Shown piece after piece: positions 19,686-29,809 of a stretch of 64,000 nt of DNA. The DNA is taken from assembly GCA_964598765.1 (NCBI GenBank), contig CAZRCZ010000008.1, positions 79,934 through 143,933 on the forward strand. The letters are read 5' to 3'. Position 1 is the first letter of the stretch; each line of letters begins with the position of its first letter. The DNA comes from an uncultured Candidatus Sumerlaeota bacterium. GTDB taxonomy: Bacteria; Sumerlaeota; Sumerlaeia; MVZB01; JAJFLK01. The position numbers were made by a program, and so were the translations under genes. The notes beneath the pieces are model-generated. The model had not been told where the DNA came from. It saw only the letters and a program-made list of their open reading frames with translations, and made no database searches.

Positions 19686-22600
19686 ATGAGGCTGAAGGGA
19701 AAAACCAAACTTGCCGGAATGTGCCTTATTCTTCTGGCGAACGCCGCGCTTTGCCAGACCGGAACTTGGACCCCTCTGACGAACCCCGCGCCGGGCTGGG
19801 TTTGGCTGATGCTCCTGCTTCCCGACGGGACCGTCATGGCCGCGACGTATAACGGCAGTCCCGGCAATGCGTGGTATCGCCTGTCGCCGGACACCCAAGG
19901 CCATTACGTCAACGGCGTTTGGAGCGCGCTGGCTCCGATGACCGACACGCGCATTTATTATTCTTCCGACGTTTTAAGGGACGGCAGAGTTTTCGTCGCC
20001 GGAGGGGAGAACGGCACGGGGGGAGCCAAAGCGGAGGTTTATGATCCGCAGACCAACGTCTGGACTCCGATTGTCATCCCGCCGAACTTGATCACGGGTT
20101 CCGGTTTCGTGGACTCGGAATCCAAAATCCTGTCCAACGGCAACGTGCTGGTGGCTCCGGTCTATCCCTATATTTTCGGCGGGACCGTCATTTTCAATCC
20201 CGTCACCAATACCTTGTCGGCGGGACCGACGCTGTATCGCGGCGGGAACCAAGCCGAGGCGAATTGGGTCAAGCTCCCCGACGAAAGCATTTTGACCATT
20301 GATCCGGGGAGCACGACTTCGGAGCGTTACATTCCCTCGCTGAACAGCTGGGTGGACGACGGAGTCGTTCCGGTGGATATCCATGATCCCTTTATATCCG
20401 AATTGGGAGGGCCGCTTCTATTACCCAACGGCAAAGCGTTCTTCATTGGCGGGAGCGGACACACCGCCCTTTATACCCCTTCGGGGACCAGCAGTCCGGG
20501 CGCTTGGGCGACCGGACCCGACCTACCCAACGGCCAAGGGATGGCCGACGCGGCGGCGGCCATGATGGTCAACGGGAAGGCTTTATGCGCCGTGTCGGCG
20601 GTTCCCACCGCCAGCGACAACTTTACCTCCCCCACCAGCTTTTATGAGTATGACTATTCCGTCGGAGCCGCGGGGTCGTTCACTCGGACGGGGAGCCCTA
20701 CTGGGGGGCTTACCGACAACGTCCAAGCCTACTTCGGGATGATGCTCGATCTGCCCGACGGCAACGTGCTCTTCGCCCAGATTGACAGCCAGCTTTATGT
20801 TTATCAGCCGGTCGGTTCCCCGTTGGCTTCATGGAAGCCGACCATCAGCGCCGTCACCCCCAACGGCGACGGCTCGTATCACTTGACCGGGACTCAATTG
20901 AACGGCATATCCGAGGGGTCCTCCTATGGCGACGACGCGCAGATGGACAGCAATTATCCTCTCGTGCGGTTCACGGACGGATCGGGCAAGGTTTCGTATG
21001 GACGGACGTATAATTGGAGTTCGACCGGAGTGACGACCGGAAGTGCGGTCGTGAGCACGGAGTTCAGGCTGCCGGCGTCTTTGGCGGGGGGATCGTATTT
21101 GCTCGAGGTGGTCGCCAATGGGATAGGCTCGGATGCGACCACCTTTGTCAATCCCGCACCCACCCCAACGCCGACAAAGACAGTTTCGCCGTCCCCCACG
21201 CGGACCGCGACCGGAACCCCTTCGCCGACACGCACGGCGACCGGGACAGTTTCACCCTCCCGCACGCGGACCGCAACCGGAACTCCCTCGCCCACTCGCA
21301 CGGCTACCGGAACAATCACGCCGTCCCGTACATTCACGCCGTCCCCTACGCGGAGCGCCACCACAACTCCTTCGCCTACCCGTTCGCCGACGACGACCCC
21401 AACCCGTAGCCCCACCGGCACCCCCACTGGCACGGCAAGCCCTTTGCCGACGGTGCCGCCCCCGGGATTCGCGGGGGGACCGCTGGATGTACCGGTACAG
21501 GAGGCGGGGGATTGGTGGCAGTATGACCGGACGTTCATTTTGGGAATACCCACCAGCCAAAGGCTGAGTTGGATCAACGTGATGACGCTCCAAATCAATG
21601 AACGATTTACGAAGACGGTGGATACCACGACGCCGATACCGGCGGGCGTTTACAATTCGCTGGGGGGACCGTTCAAGGTTTATCTCCGCAACCGCTCCAA
21701 CACCACGGCAACGGGCACGGGTTTAATCGCGACAAATGTTCCCGGATACAACGTTCGGGCGGCATTGAACTTGACGTCTCTGAGCACAACAGCCGGCCTC
21801 GATTGGCGACAGGTTTCGGATATGGCCGAGGTTCGGGAAAGCTTCAACCTCTCCGGGACGATACGATCGAATATGACGGCTGATGATGGATGCATCAACG
21901 TCAATCCCGTTCCCAATCCTTTCAACAACCGATTTCTTCTGAATTACACGATGGAGTACAACCGGCCTCTGGAGTATGCCGATTTTCCGCTGGACACGGC
22001 CAATCAGCCGCCGGGAGAAAATTGGCAGAGCCGTCCGCTCCGCAGGGTGTTCGGAACAATCCATCTGGAAATGCCGACCTTGGGACTCGCCACGATTACC
22101 AGCATCCCGGCGACAACGATTGATCTTCCCTTTGATTCCTCGCAGGGCTTCACGTTCACGCATGTTTTCACGAACACGGTTTCGACGGGGCGGGGACCGT
22201 GGGACAATTCCCGCCGAATCGTCAACGCCGCCTCGGCGAAGAACGCCTACTACAACGCCACGGCGCACGAGTTCATAGATTTGGCGCAGGCCGACGTCAC
22301 GGCGAACAATTCGGCCGGAAGTCTGGCGGCAACGTTCAACGGTTGGGACACGTTGGTCACCGGCAGTGTGATCGGGAACGATTACAGCGTCGCGGCCAAC
22401 GCCGACGTCGGGGACCTCGCGATCAATCCGGCATGGCCGCATTGGGGGCAACTCTTCACGATCAGCGGATCGTCCGATTTGGGGACGCAGATGACGGCGG
22501 AAATCACGGACACCGGCACGAGCGCCACCGACGCGATCAGCGGCGGACTTTTCAACCTCGTCCTGCGCGCCCCGTCGGCCAATGATTCCAGTCCGATGGG

Positions 22601-25600
22601 GCCGATCAACACCGATTGGGGATCGTATGGGATCGAGCTGACGCGCAATACCGTGGGACCGACCGGACAACGCAAATATGCGACGGTCCGGTTGGGAACG
22701 CCGCTGGTGGCGCTGAGCGCGACGAGTCAAACGGTCACCGAAGGCATGGACCCCAACGCCGCAATCGCGATTCGCTTGATTGACATGCAGGGGAATCCGG
22801 TGACGGCGAGTTGGAACATGGATGTCACGGTGAATTACGCGACGAGCAATGGTACAGCCGTCCGGCCCGGAGATTACACTAGCGTTTCAGGGACGGCGAC
22901 GATCGGAGCCTATCAAGGCTCGACGAACGTTTTGGTTCCGATCATTGACGATGGCTTGACCGAACCAACGGAATTTTTTCTGTTCACGATTTCGTCTCCG
23001 AACGCGAATGCGATCTTGGGCAACGTTTCGCCGGTCAACGCGCCGGTGGTGGAGACGGTCTTCATCTTTGATCACGGAACCGGTCCGACGCGGACGGCGA
23101 CCCTTTCTCCGACGCGATCCGCCACGCCGACCCCAACGCGGACCATTACGATATCGCCTACCCGCACGAGCACGCCGTCCCCCACGCGAACGGGCACACC
23201 CACCAAGACGCGCACGGCGACGGTGACGGGGAGCGGAACGATCACCCCCTCGCCGACGCGCACGGCGACGGATTCGCCCACGGCCACGCCAACCCCAACC
23301 TGCCCCCCCAATTCCCTATTGGCTACGTTAAACAATCCTGCCCCGGCGCCTAGTGATAACTTCGGAATCTCGGTCGCGATTTCCGGAAATCTAGCGATCG
23401 TTGGCTCTTGGGATGCGGATCCCGGCGGGGTAACGGATGCCGGGAGCGCCTACGTGTTTGACGCGACGGCGGGCGGGTTGGTCTCGACGCTCAATGAATC
23501 CGCGCCGGCAACGAGCGATTGGTTTGGCTATTCGGTTGCCATCTCCGGCAACTTAGCCGTGGTTGGAGCGATTGGAGACGACCCCGGCGCCGTGAGTTGC
23601 GCGGGGACGGCCTATGTCTTCAACGCGGCAACCGGCGCATCGGTGACGACGCTGAACAATCCCGCTCCGGCGGCAAATGATTCTTTCGGCGCCTCGGTCG
23701 CGATTTCCGGCAACTTGGCCGTCGTGGGTACGCCTTACGATGACCCCGGCGGGGTAACTGACGCCGGAACGGCTTACGTTTTCAACGCGACGAGCGGCGC
23801 GTTAGTGGCGACCCTGAATAAGCCTACGCCCACGGTGGGTGATGAATTCGGCTGGGCTGTCGGAATCTCGGGCAATCTTGCCGTTGTGGGGGCGCGATGG
23901 GACGACCCCGGCGGTGTTAGCAACGCGGGAGCCGCCTACGTCTTTAACGCCGCGACCGGCGCATTGGTGGCGACGTTGAGCAATCCCACGCCCACCGCCG
24001 ACGATCTCTTCGGCGCGTCGGTGGCGATCTCCGGCAATCTGGCCGTTGTAGGCGCGCCTCAGGACGACCCCGGCGGAGTAAGCGGTGCGGGAACGGCCTA
24101 CGTTTTTGACGCCACGACCGGAGCGATGATTGCAACGCTGAGCAATCCCGCGCCCGCAATGAGCGACTTCTTCGGAAGGTCGGTTGCGATTTCGGGTAAC
24201 AATGCGTTGGTGGGAGCGGATGGGGACGACCCGGGAGGGATGACTAACGCCGGAACCGCCTATGTCTTTGATGCCACGACCGGCGCGCTCGCGGCAACGT
24301 TGAATAATCCCGCGCCGACGGCGGGGGATCAATTTGGCTGGACGGTCGGGATTTCCGGAACCGTGGCTGTGATCGGCGCACTATATGACGACCCCGGCGG
24401 GGTGACCGACGCGGGGAGCGCCTATGCATTCACATGCGCCTCATTGGTTCCAACGGTAACCCCGACTCGCACAACAACGCCGACCCAGACGCGCACCGCC
24501 AGTCTCACGCCAACTCGGACCTTCACCTTGTCTCCCACTCGCTCGGCGACGCGGACCACGACGCGGACCTCAACGCCGTCGCCCACGCCAACGGCAACGC
24601 CGAGTCTGACCCCCAGTCCTACCCCATGCATCCCCGGAGCCTTCACCGACCGCGCCAACGCCGATCTTCCCGTCGCCGGAACCGTGACGGGGGATTACAC
24701 CGGCACGCTTTCGAGCGACAACGGCTATGAATCCATCGCCGAGGTTTACACCGGCGGCTATTGGCAATTGACGCACAAGTGGACCCTCCCGATCACCGCA
24801 GGATCCAACGTCCACACCTTTTCGGTGGAGGCGTTTCACACGACCAACCCGAGCGGACAGGATGATTTCATCTTCAGTTACTCGACCGACGACGTCGCTT
24901 ACACGGCGATGCTGACGGTGACCAAGACGGCGGACGACAACACGCCGCAGACGTTCGCGCTTCCGGCGTCGCTTCCCTCGACGCTTTACATCCGGGTCGT
25001 GGATTCTCTGGCGAGCGACACCAACAGCAACGCCAACCGGAAGACGACGATCAGCGTGGACGACATGTTTGTCGCCTCGACGATCGTTTGCCCCACGCCC
25101 ACCCCGACCGGCACGCTGACGCCGTCTCCGAGCCGCACTTCCACGCCGACGGCGACACGAACGGCGTCGTTGACCCCGACGGCAAGTCGCACGGCGACCT
25201 CCTCGGCAACGCGAACGGCCTCCTTAACCCCCACACCCACGCGCACGGGAAGTGGGACGGCAACGCGTTCCGCGACGCCAACCGGCACACGGACGGCAAC
25301 CTTGACGGCGACTCCAACCCGAACCGCGACGCTTTCGGCCTCGCGCACCGCAACTTTCTCCCCAACCCGAACCGCGACGCTCTCCCCGACGCCGACGGCT
25401 TCGGCGACGACAACCCGTTCTTCAACCCGGACACCGACACGGACGGCCACGCTGACGAACACACGGACAGGGACCGTCACATTGACGCCGACCAGAAGTG
25501 CGACGTTGTCCCCTACGCGCACCGGAACCCTCACGGCGACGCGATCCTCGACTCCGACGCCCACGCGGACCGCCAGCGCGACGGGGACGCGAACCGCAAC

Positions 25601-27386
25601 GCCGACGAACACTCGGACGTCGTCCTTGACGGCGACTTCCACGCGGACGGCAACGTCTTCGCCGACGCGCACGGGGAGCGCGACCGCAAGCCGGTCCTCA
25701 ACACGGACGGCGACCCGGACCGGAACCGTGACCAGCACACGGACGGCATCCTTGACTCCGACGCGAAGCTCGACGGCGACTCCCACGCGAACCGCCTCCT
25801 TGACGGCGACAAGGTCCTCGACACCGACTTCCACGCGCACGGCTACCGTCAGCGGTTCCGGCACGATCACGCCGAGTCCAACGCGCTCATCCACGCGAAC
25901 GCCGACCCGCACCGCGACGCTTTCGCCGACGCGCACCGGAACACTCAGTCCGACGCGGAGCGCGACGTTCTCCCCCACCCGGACGTCGTCCTTGACGCCA
26001 ACCCCATCCCGGACCGCGACGTTCTCTCCCACGCGCACGGGCAGTGTGACCGCAAGCCGTTCAGCGACACGGACGCCGACGCGGACCGGAACACTGACAA
26101 GCACACGGACGGCGACTACGACATCAACGCGAAGCGCAACCTTGTCCCCGACGCGCACCGGAACGCTCACGGCGACGCGGTCAGCATCGTTGACGCCAAC
26201 TCCCACGCGCACCGCAACGCTCAGTCCGACGCGAACCGCGACGGTTTCGGGAAGCGGAACGATTACCCCCAGTCCGACGCGATCGGCAACCGTGACGCCG
26301 AGCGGGACCCTCACGCCCTCTCCCACGCGGACGGGAAGCGCAACGGCAACACGGACCGCAACCTTGTCTCCCACTCGAACGTCCACAAAGTCCGCAACGT
26401 CCACCGCGTCCGCCAGCCCCACCCGATCCTCAACCCGAACTTCGACCCGCACGGCCAGCAAGTCTCCGACGCGCACGGCGACCCTTTCGCGCACCCGAAC
26501 GGCGACCAAGTCGCCGACCCGCTCCTCCACGCGCACGCCGACGCGCACCGCGACGCTCTCGCCCACGCGGACGGCCACCTTGACGCCGACCCCATGCGTC
26601 CCCGGAACTTTCACCGACCGCGCCAACGCCGATCTGCCCGTCACCGGAACCGTGACGGGGAACTACACCAACACGCTTTCCAGCGACAACGGCTACGAGA
26701 CGATCGCCGAGGTCTATACCGGCGGCTACTGGCAGTTGAAGCACAAGTGGACGATCCCGATCACGCCGGGTTCGGACGTTCACACCTTCTCGGTCGAGGC
26801 GTTCCACGGGACGAACACGAACGGTCAGGATGATTTCATTTTCAGTTATTCGACCGACAACGTGACGTTCAGCAACATGCTGACGGTGACGAAAACGGCG
26901 GACAACAACGGGGTGCAGACGTTCGCGCTTCCGGCGTCGTTGCCGTCGGTCATTTATATTCGTGTCGCGGATTCATTGACGTTTGACACCAATCCCAGTC
27001 CGGATCGGGCCACGACAATCAACGTGGATGATATGTTTATCACTTCGACGATCACCTGCGGCACGACGCCGACGCCAACCCCGACGCGCACGGCGACTGC
27101 CACGGCGACGCGGACCGCGACACGGACGAACACAAGAACCGCGACGCAGAGCGCGACGCCGACAAGAACCGCCTCAAAGTCCGCGACATTCACCGCGTCC
27201 ACCACGTCCACGCCAACCCGCTCGGCCTCGTCCACCGCAACCCGCACCGGAACGCGCACCCCCAGCCCGACCCCCAGCGCGACACAAACGCCGATCCCCT
27301 CGCCAACCCCAACCGCAACGCCTTCCCCAACCCAATCCGCCACCCCCACACCCAACTCCGCGCGAAATTGGGAAATTTACGAGTAA
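19686..27386 (+). CDS. Giant secreted surface protein (2566 aa): Kelch/galactose-oxidase-like propeller, Calx-beta domain, 8 FG-GAP repeats, duplicated ~150-aa module, extensive Thr/Pro-rich [ST]PTRTAT linkers; C-terminal tail NSARNWEIYE
   Basis: The signal peptide is MRLKGKTKLAGMCLILLANAALCQ. The Calx-beta domain reads YATSNGTAVRPGDYTSVSGTATIGAYQGSTNVLVPIIDDGLTEPTEFF. The eight FG-GAP repeats span ~23300-24420. The duplicated module lies at ~24630-25090 and ~26590-27070. Confidence 0.7.
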   Translation: MRLKGKTKLAGMCLILLANAALCQTGTWTPLTNPAPGWVWLMLLLPDGTVMAATYNGSPGNAWYRLSPDTQGHYVNGVWSALAPMTDTRIYYSSDVLRDGRVFVAGGENGTGGAKAEVYDPQTNVWTPIVIPPNLITGSGFVDSESKILSNGNVLVAPVYPYIFGGTVIFNPVTNTLSAGPTLYRGGNQAEANWVKLPDESILTIDPGSTTSERYIPSLNSWVDDGVVPVDIHDPFISELGGPLLLPNGKAFFIGGSGHTALYTPSGTSSPGAWATGPDLPNGQGMADAAAAMMVNGKALCAVSAVPTASDNFTSPTSFYEYDYSVGAAGSFTRTGSPTGGLTDNVQAYFGMMLDLPDGNVLFAQIDSQLYVYQPVGSPLASWKPTISAVTPNGDGSYHLTGTQLNGISEGSSYGDDAQMDSNYPLVRFTDGSGKVSYGRTYNWSSTGVTTGSAVVSTEFRLPASLAGGSYLLEVVANGIGSDATTFVNPAPTPTPTKTVSPSPTRTATGTPSPTRTATGTVSPSRTRTATGTPSPTRTATGTITPSRTFTPSPTRSATTTPSPTRSPTTTPTRSPTGTPTGTASPLPTVPPPGFAGGPLDVPVQEAGDWWQYDRTFILGIPTSQRLSWINVMTLQINERFTKTVDTTTPIPAGVYNSLGGPFKVYLRNRSNTTATGTGLIATNVPGYNVRAALNLTSLSTTAGLDWRQVSDMAEVRESFNLSGTIRSNMTADDGCINVNPVPNPFNNRFLLNYTMEYNRPLEYADFPLDTANQPPGENWQSRPLRRVFGTIHLEMPTLGLATITSIPATTIDLPFDSSQGFTFTHVFTNTVSTGRGPWDNSRRIVNAASAKNAYYNATAHEFIDLAQADVTANNSAGSLAATFNGWDTLVTGSVIGNDYSVAANADVGDLAINPAWPHWGQLFTISGSSDLGTQMTAEITDTGTSATDAISGGLFNLVLRAPSANDSSPMGPINTDWGSYGIELTRNTVGPTGQRKYATVRLGTPLVALSATSQTVTEGMDPNAAIAIRLIDMQGNPVTASWNMDVTVNYATSNGTAVRPGDYTSVSGTATIGAYQGSTNVLVPIIDDGLTEPTEFFLFTISSPNANAILGNVSPVNAPVVETVFIFDHGTGPTRTATLSPTRSATPTPTRTITISPTRTSTPSPTRTGTPTKTRTATVTGSGTITPSPTRTATDSPTATPTPTCPPNSLLATLNNPAPAPSDNFGISVAISGNLAIVGSWDADPGGVTDAGSAYVFDATAGGLVSTLNESAPATSDWFGYSVAISGNLAVVGAIGDDPGAVSCAGTAYVFNAATGASVTTLNNPAPAANDSFGASVAISGNLAVVGTPYDDPGGVTDAGTAYVFNATSGALVATLNKPTPTVGDEFGWAVGISGNLAVVGARWDDPGGVSNAGAAYVFNAATGALVATLSNPTPTADDLFGASVAISGNLAVVGAPQDDPGGVSGAGTAYVFDATTGAMIATLSNPAPAMSDFFGRSVAISGNNALVGADGDDPGGMTNAGTAYVFDATTGALAATLNNPAPTAGDQFGWTVGISGTVAVIGALYDDPGGVTDAGSAYAFTCASLVPTVTPTRTTTPTQTRTASLTPTRTFTLSPTRSATRTTTRTSTPSPTPTATPSLTPSPTPCIPGAFTDRANADLPVAGTVTGDYTGTLSSDNGYESIAEVYTGGYWQLTHKWTLPITAGSNVHTFSVEAFHTTNPSGQDDFIFSYSTDDVAYTAMLTVTKTADDNTPQTFALPASLPSTLYIRVVDSLASDTNSNANRKTTISVDDMFVASTIVCPTPTPTGTLTPSPSRTSTPTATRTASLTPTASRTATSSATRTASLTPTPTRTGSGTATRSATPTGTRTATLTATPTRTATLSASRTATFSPTRTATLSPTPTASATTTRSSTRTPTRTATLTNTRTGTVTLTPTRSATLSPTRTGTLTATRSSTPTPTRTASATGTRTATPTNTRTSSLTATSTRTATSSPTRTGSATASRSSTRTATRTGTVTSTRTASLTPTRSSTATPTRTASLTATRSSTPTSTRTATVSGSGTITPSPTRSSTRTPTRTATLSPTRTGTLSPTRSATFSPTRTSSLTPTPSRTATFSPTRTGSVTASRSATRTPTRTGTLTSTRTATTTSTRSATLSPTRTGTLTATRSASLTPTPTRTATLSPTRTATVSGSGTITPSPTRSATVTPSGTLTPSPTRTGSATATRTATLSPTRTSTKSATSTASASPTRSSTRTSTRTASKSPTRTATLSRTRTATKSPTRSSTRTPTRTATLSPTRTATLTPTPCVPGTFTDRANADLPVTGTVTGNYTNTLSSDNGYETIAEVYTGGYWQLKHKWTIPITPGSDVHTFSVEAFHGTNTNGQDDFIFSYSTDNVTFSNMLTVTKTADNNGVQTFALPASLPSVIYIRVADSLTFDTNPSPDRATTINVDDMFITSTITCGTTPTPTPTRTATATATRTATRTNTRTATQSATPTRTASKSATFTASTTSTPTRSASSTATRTGTRTPSPTPSATQTPIPSPTPTATPSPTQSATPTPNSARNWEIYE
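25080..26590 (+). repeat. In-frame DNA tandem repeats (18-24-nt units, ACGCGCAC[GC]GCGACG-like) encoding [ST]PTRT[AG]T linker
   Basis: Degenerate units repeat about 70 times. Shorter tracts lie at 21160-21440, 23090-23300, 24440-24620 and 27060-27345. Confidence 0.8.
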
Positions 27387-27400
27387 ATTGGGATTGTCGG

Positions 27401-28483
27401 CTACGGAATCGTAATCGAAAACGCGACCCGTCCGCCATCCAGACAGCGCGCTTCCGCCGTTCCGCCGTGGGTGCGGGCGACGGCATCCACGACGTAGAGA
27501 CCGATCCCCGAACCTTCGACCCCCGAACTGATCGCCGCGCGTTTGAATCGTCCGAATAGTTCCGGCAAGGATTCCGGTTGGAGGCCAGGAGCAAGGTTGA
27601 CGACTTCAAAACACAAGGCCGGACGACCCGAGAGGTTCTCCCTGCGGATGCAAAGGCAAATCGGTTCCGAAGGATTGCCATATTTGATTGCGTTCTGCAG
27701 AAGATTTCCGACAGCGCGAAAGAGCAAGGACTCATCGAAGACCGCGCTTTCCGGCGCGCCCGATAAATCCATGTTCACTTCAAATCCCCGCCGTTGCGCC
27801 TCGGTTCCGTAAATCGCCGTCAAGCCTTCGGCGAATTCCCGCAGATGGACCTGTCTTGGATGCGTCGAAAGTTTGCCTGCCTCGGCCCGGCAGGACATCA
27901 GGTAATTGTCAATCAACGCCAGCATTTTCTGACCGTTGACCCGAATCGTCTCGGCGAATTCCTCGGCGCGGGGATGAAATTTTCCGGTGTCCTTGTCCTG
28001 CATCATCGCGGCAAAACCGATGATGGTGGTGAGCGGAACCTTGATGTCGTGCGTGATCATCGCCGCCGTGTCGTGCTTCAACTGCTCGACTTCGATTTTG
28101 TGGAAGGCGCGCTCGACGGCGGACCGTAGCAGGTCGAACTCGAATGGTTTGCGCAGATAATCGAACGCCTGAAAATGCAAGGCTTGGATCGCGGAATCGG
28201 TCGAGGCGTAACCGGTAATCACAATGACCAACGTGGAGGGATGCATTTCATGAATCCGGCGGATGACTTCCAATCCGTCCACCTCCTGCATCCGCAGATC
28301 GGTGATAACGACCGAGAACCCGCGCTCTTCCAGCGCGCGGATGCCTTCGGCGCCTCCATAAGCGGTGTGAACCTCGTAACCTTGCGCGGCGAGTAAATCC
28401 CGAAGCGAATCGGCCATTCGACGTTCGTCATCAACGATTAGGATGTTTTTTTCAATCACGAGAATTCCTTCAACCCGGACCAA
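27401..28483 (-). CDS. Hybrid response-regulator/histidine kinase (REC-HisKA-HATPase_c, no sensor/TM domain)
   Basis: The N-terminal REC domain reads ILIVDDERRMADSL...VITDLRMQEVDG...DYLRKPF. The H-box is MITHDIKVPLTTIIGF. The ATPase region contains LLQNAIKYG and GSGIGLYVV. Confidence 0.75.
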   Translation of the reverse strand: MVRVEGILVIEKNILIVDDERRMADSLRDLLAAQGYEVHTAYGGAEGIRALEERGFSVVITDLRMQEVDGLEVIRRIHEMHPSTLVIVITGYASTDSAIQALHFQAFDYLRKPFEFDLLRSAVERAFHKIEVEQLKHDTAAMITHDIKVPLTTIIGFAAMMQDKDTGKFHPRAEEFAETIRVNGQKMLALIDNYLMSCRAEAGKLSTHPRQVHLREFAEGLTAIYGTEAQRRGFEVNMDLSGAPESAVFDESLLFRAVGNLLQNAIKYGNPSEPICLCIRRENLSGRPALCFEVVNLAPGLQPESLPELFGRFKRAAISSGVEGSGIGLYVVDAVARTHGGTAEARCLDGGRVAFSITIP

Positions 28484-28818
28484 CCGACGGATTGTTCACG
28501 GCTCCTCGCGGGGTCGTCAACGTATTTTTCAAAGTGATACCTTTTGAGCACTTTGTGTGACTTGACCATGCCCTTGGAACGGTCCCGTCTTTTTTCAAAG
28601 CAACGGATGGGGATGAAATAGCTTGATAACTCATGGTAATTCAGTCATCTAAGGCTGTTGATTTCACCTTGGCAATTCCGTATGAAGCTTGGCCTGAATT
28701 TGGCTCAACCCAACCGCAGGATTAGATTTTACGCTTTAATCCGGGTGATAAGTTTTTTATGCTTGAGAAAAATTTCACGAATTGGTATGGAAGAGGCGGT
28801 CGCGGCGGTTTTCACGCC

Positions 28819-29751
28819 ATGAAGTCCACGCTGTTTTCCAGTTCCACCCCCGGCCATGTTCCAACGATTCGTCGTGCCTTCCAAACTTCCTTTGCTTCGT
28901 CAATCTGCGCGGTGTTGCTCGCTTCTTGTTCTTTATTTTCGCCGTCCGCTTGGAAATCCGCGAAGGACAAAGAGCCGGAACCCGCCGATCAACTCCTGCT
29001 TCGGGCCACGCTGGATAAAAGCGCCTATCGTCCGGGCGAGGCCATCCTGATGCGCGTCTCCCTGACCAACACGACGCCACAATCGCTCAGCATCAAGAAA
29101 CTCAACGCCAAGTCCCTGACGTTCTGGTTCGGCGACGTGAGGGAAGGACGGCGCTTTGAGCGCAACGCGGTCGTGAGTAAATTGGAAGAGAAATCCATCA
29201 ACGAAGCTGGAACCGAAGTTGACGAGCTCAAGCCGGGAGAATCGTGGGAGCGTCAATTTCTGCTGACGCGTCTGACGGCGGAGGATGGCGATTACGTCGC
29301 GCAGGTCCACATGATTCCGTACGCGGACGCCGACTCCTCGGGAACGAGCAAAATTTTCAGCAACGCGCCCCGGTATCAAGTTTACGGAGATCGTCTGTTC
29401 GAGCGGGACAACGGCGGATTGCTTCAACGGAAGGACGCCGTCAAAATCGCTTCGGCGGATCTTCAAGCCGGTTCGCCCCTGTCCGATGCTCTGTTGGTCG
29501 AAGATGAGAAGGTTGGGTTTTTGGTCTGGTGGATCAATCTCACTTACAAGAATCCGCAAGGGGAGCAAGTTCAGACAGGCTATCTTGTGGATCCCTATTG
29601 GGGAAAAATCCGGTCGCGGGTCAAACCGTTCGATCCGAAGATGAAGGCCGAATCGGATTCCGCCGGACAACGCCCTCCGGCAAGATTGTTCCCCAAGACG
29701 AATTTTTCCAATCCCAACGCGGGAGAATCTAAGGAAGGGAAAAGAAATTGA
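28819..29751 (+). CDS. Hypothetical lipoprotein
   Basis: The start is reassigned to the internal Met (MKSTLFSS...). The lipobox is LLASCS. The gene lies immediately upstream of the secretin genes. Confidence 0.5.
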   Translation: MKSTLFSSSTPGHVPTIRRAFQTSFASSICAVLLASCSLFSPSAWKSAKDKEPEPADQLLLRATLDKSAYRPGEAILMRVSLTNTTPQSLSIKKLNAKSLTFWFGDVREGRRFERNAVVSKLEEKSINEAGTEVDELKPGESWERQFLLTRLTAEDGDYVAQVHMIPYADADSSGTSKIFSNAPRYQVYGDRLFERDNGGLLQRKDAVKIASADLQAGSPLSDALLVEDEKVGFLVWWINLTYKNPQGEQVQTGYLVDPYWGKIRSRVKPFDPKMKAESDSAGQRPPARLFPKTNFSNPNAGESKEGKRN

Positions 29752-29809
29752 TATTCATCGGGGATCCTTTAGCGGTCCCCTTCCAAATCAATCAGCGGAG
29801 GTAAATGTC

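Noticed and set aside
21723-22730. 335-aa minus-strand ORF
   Set aside because: It is antisense to the giant-protein gene and is Arg-rich.
25080-26590. Possible CRISPR array (regular short repeats)
   Set aside because: The repeats are contiguous and degenerate, with no unique spacers. They lie in-frame inside a long ORF and encode [ST]PTRTAT.
24986-26644. 552-aa minus-strand VAVRVGV-repeat ORF, and the 581-aa off-frame plus ORF at 25088..26833
   Set aside because: Both are generated by the periodic nucleotide repeats that encode the PT linker of the giant protein. Neither has start context or domain content.
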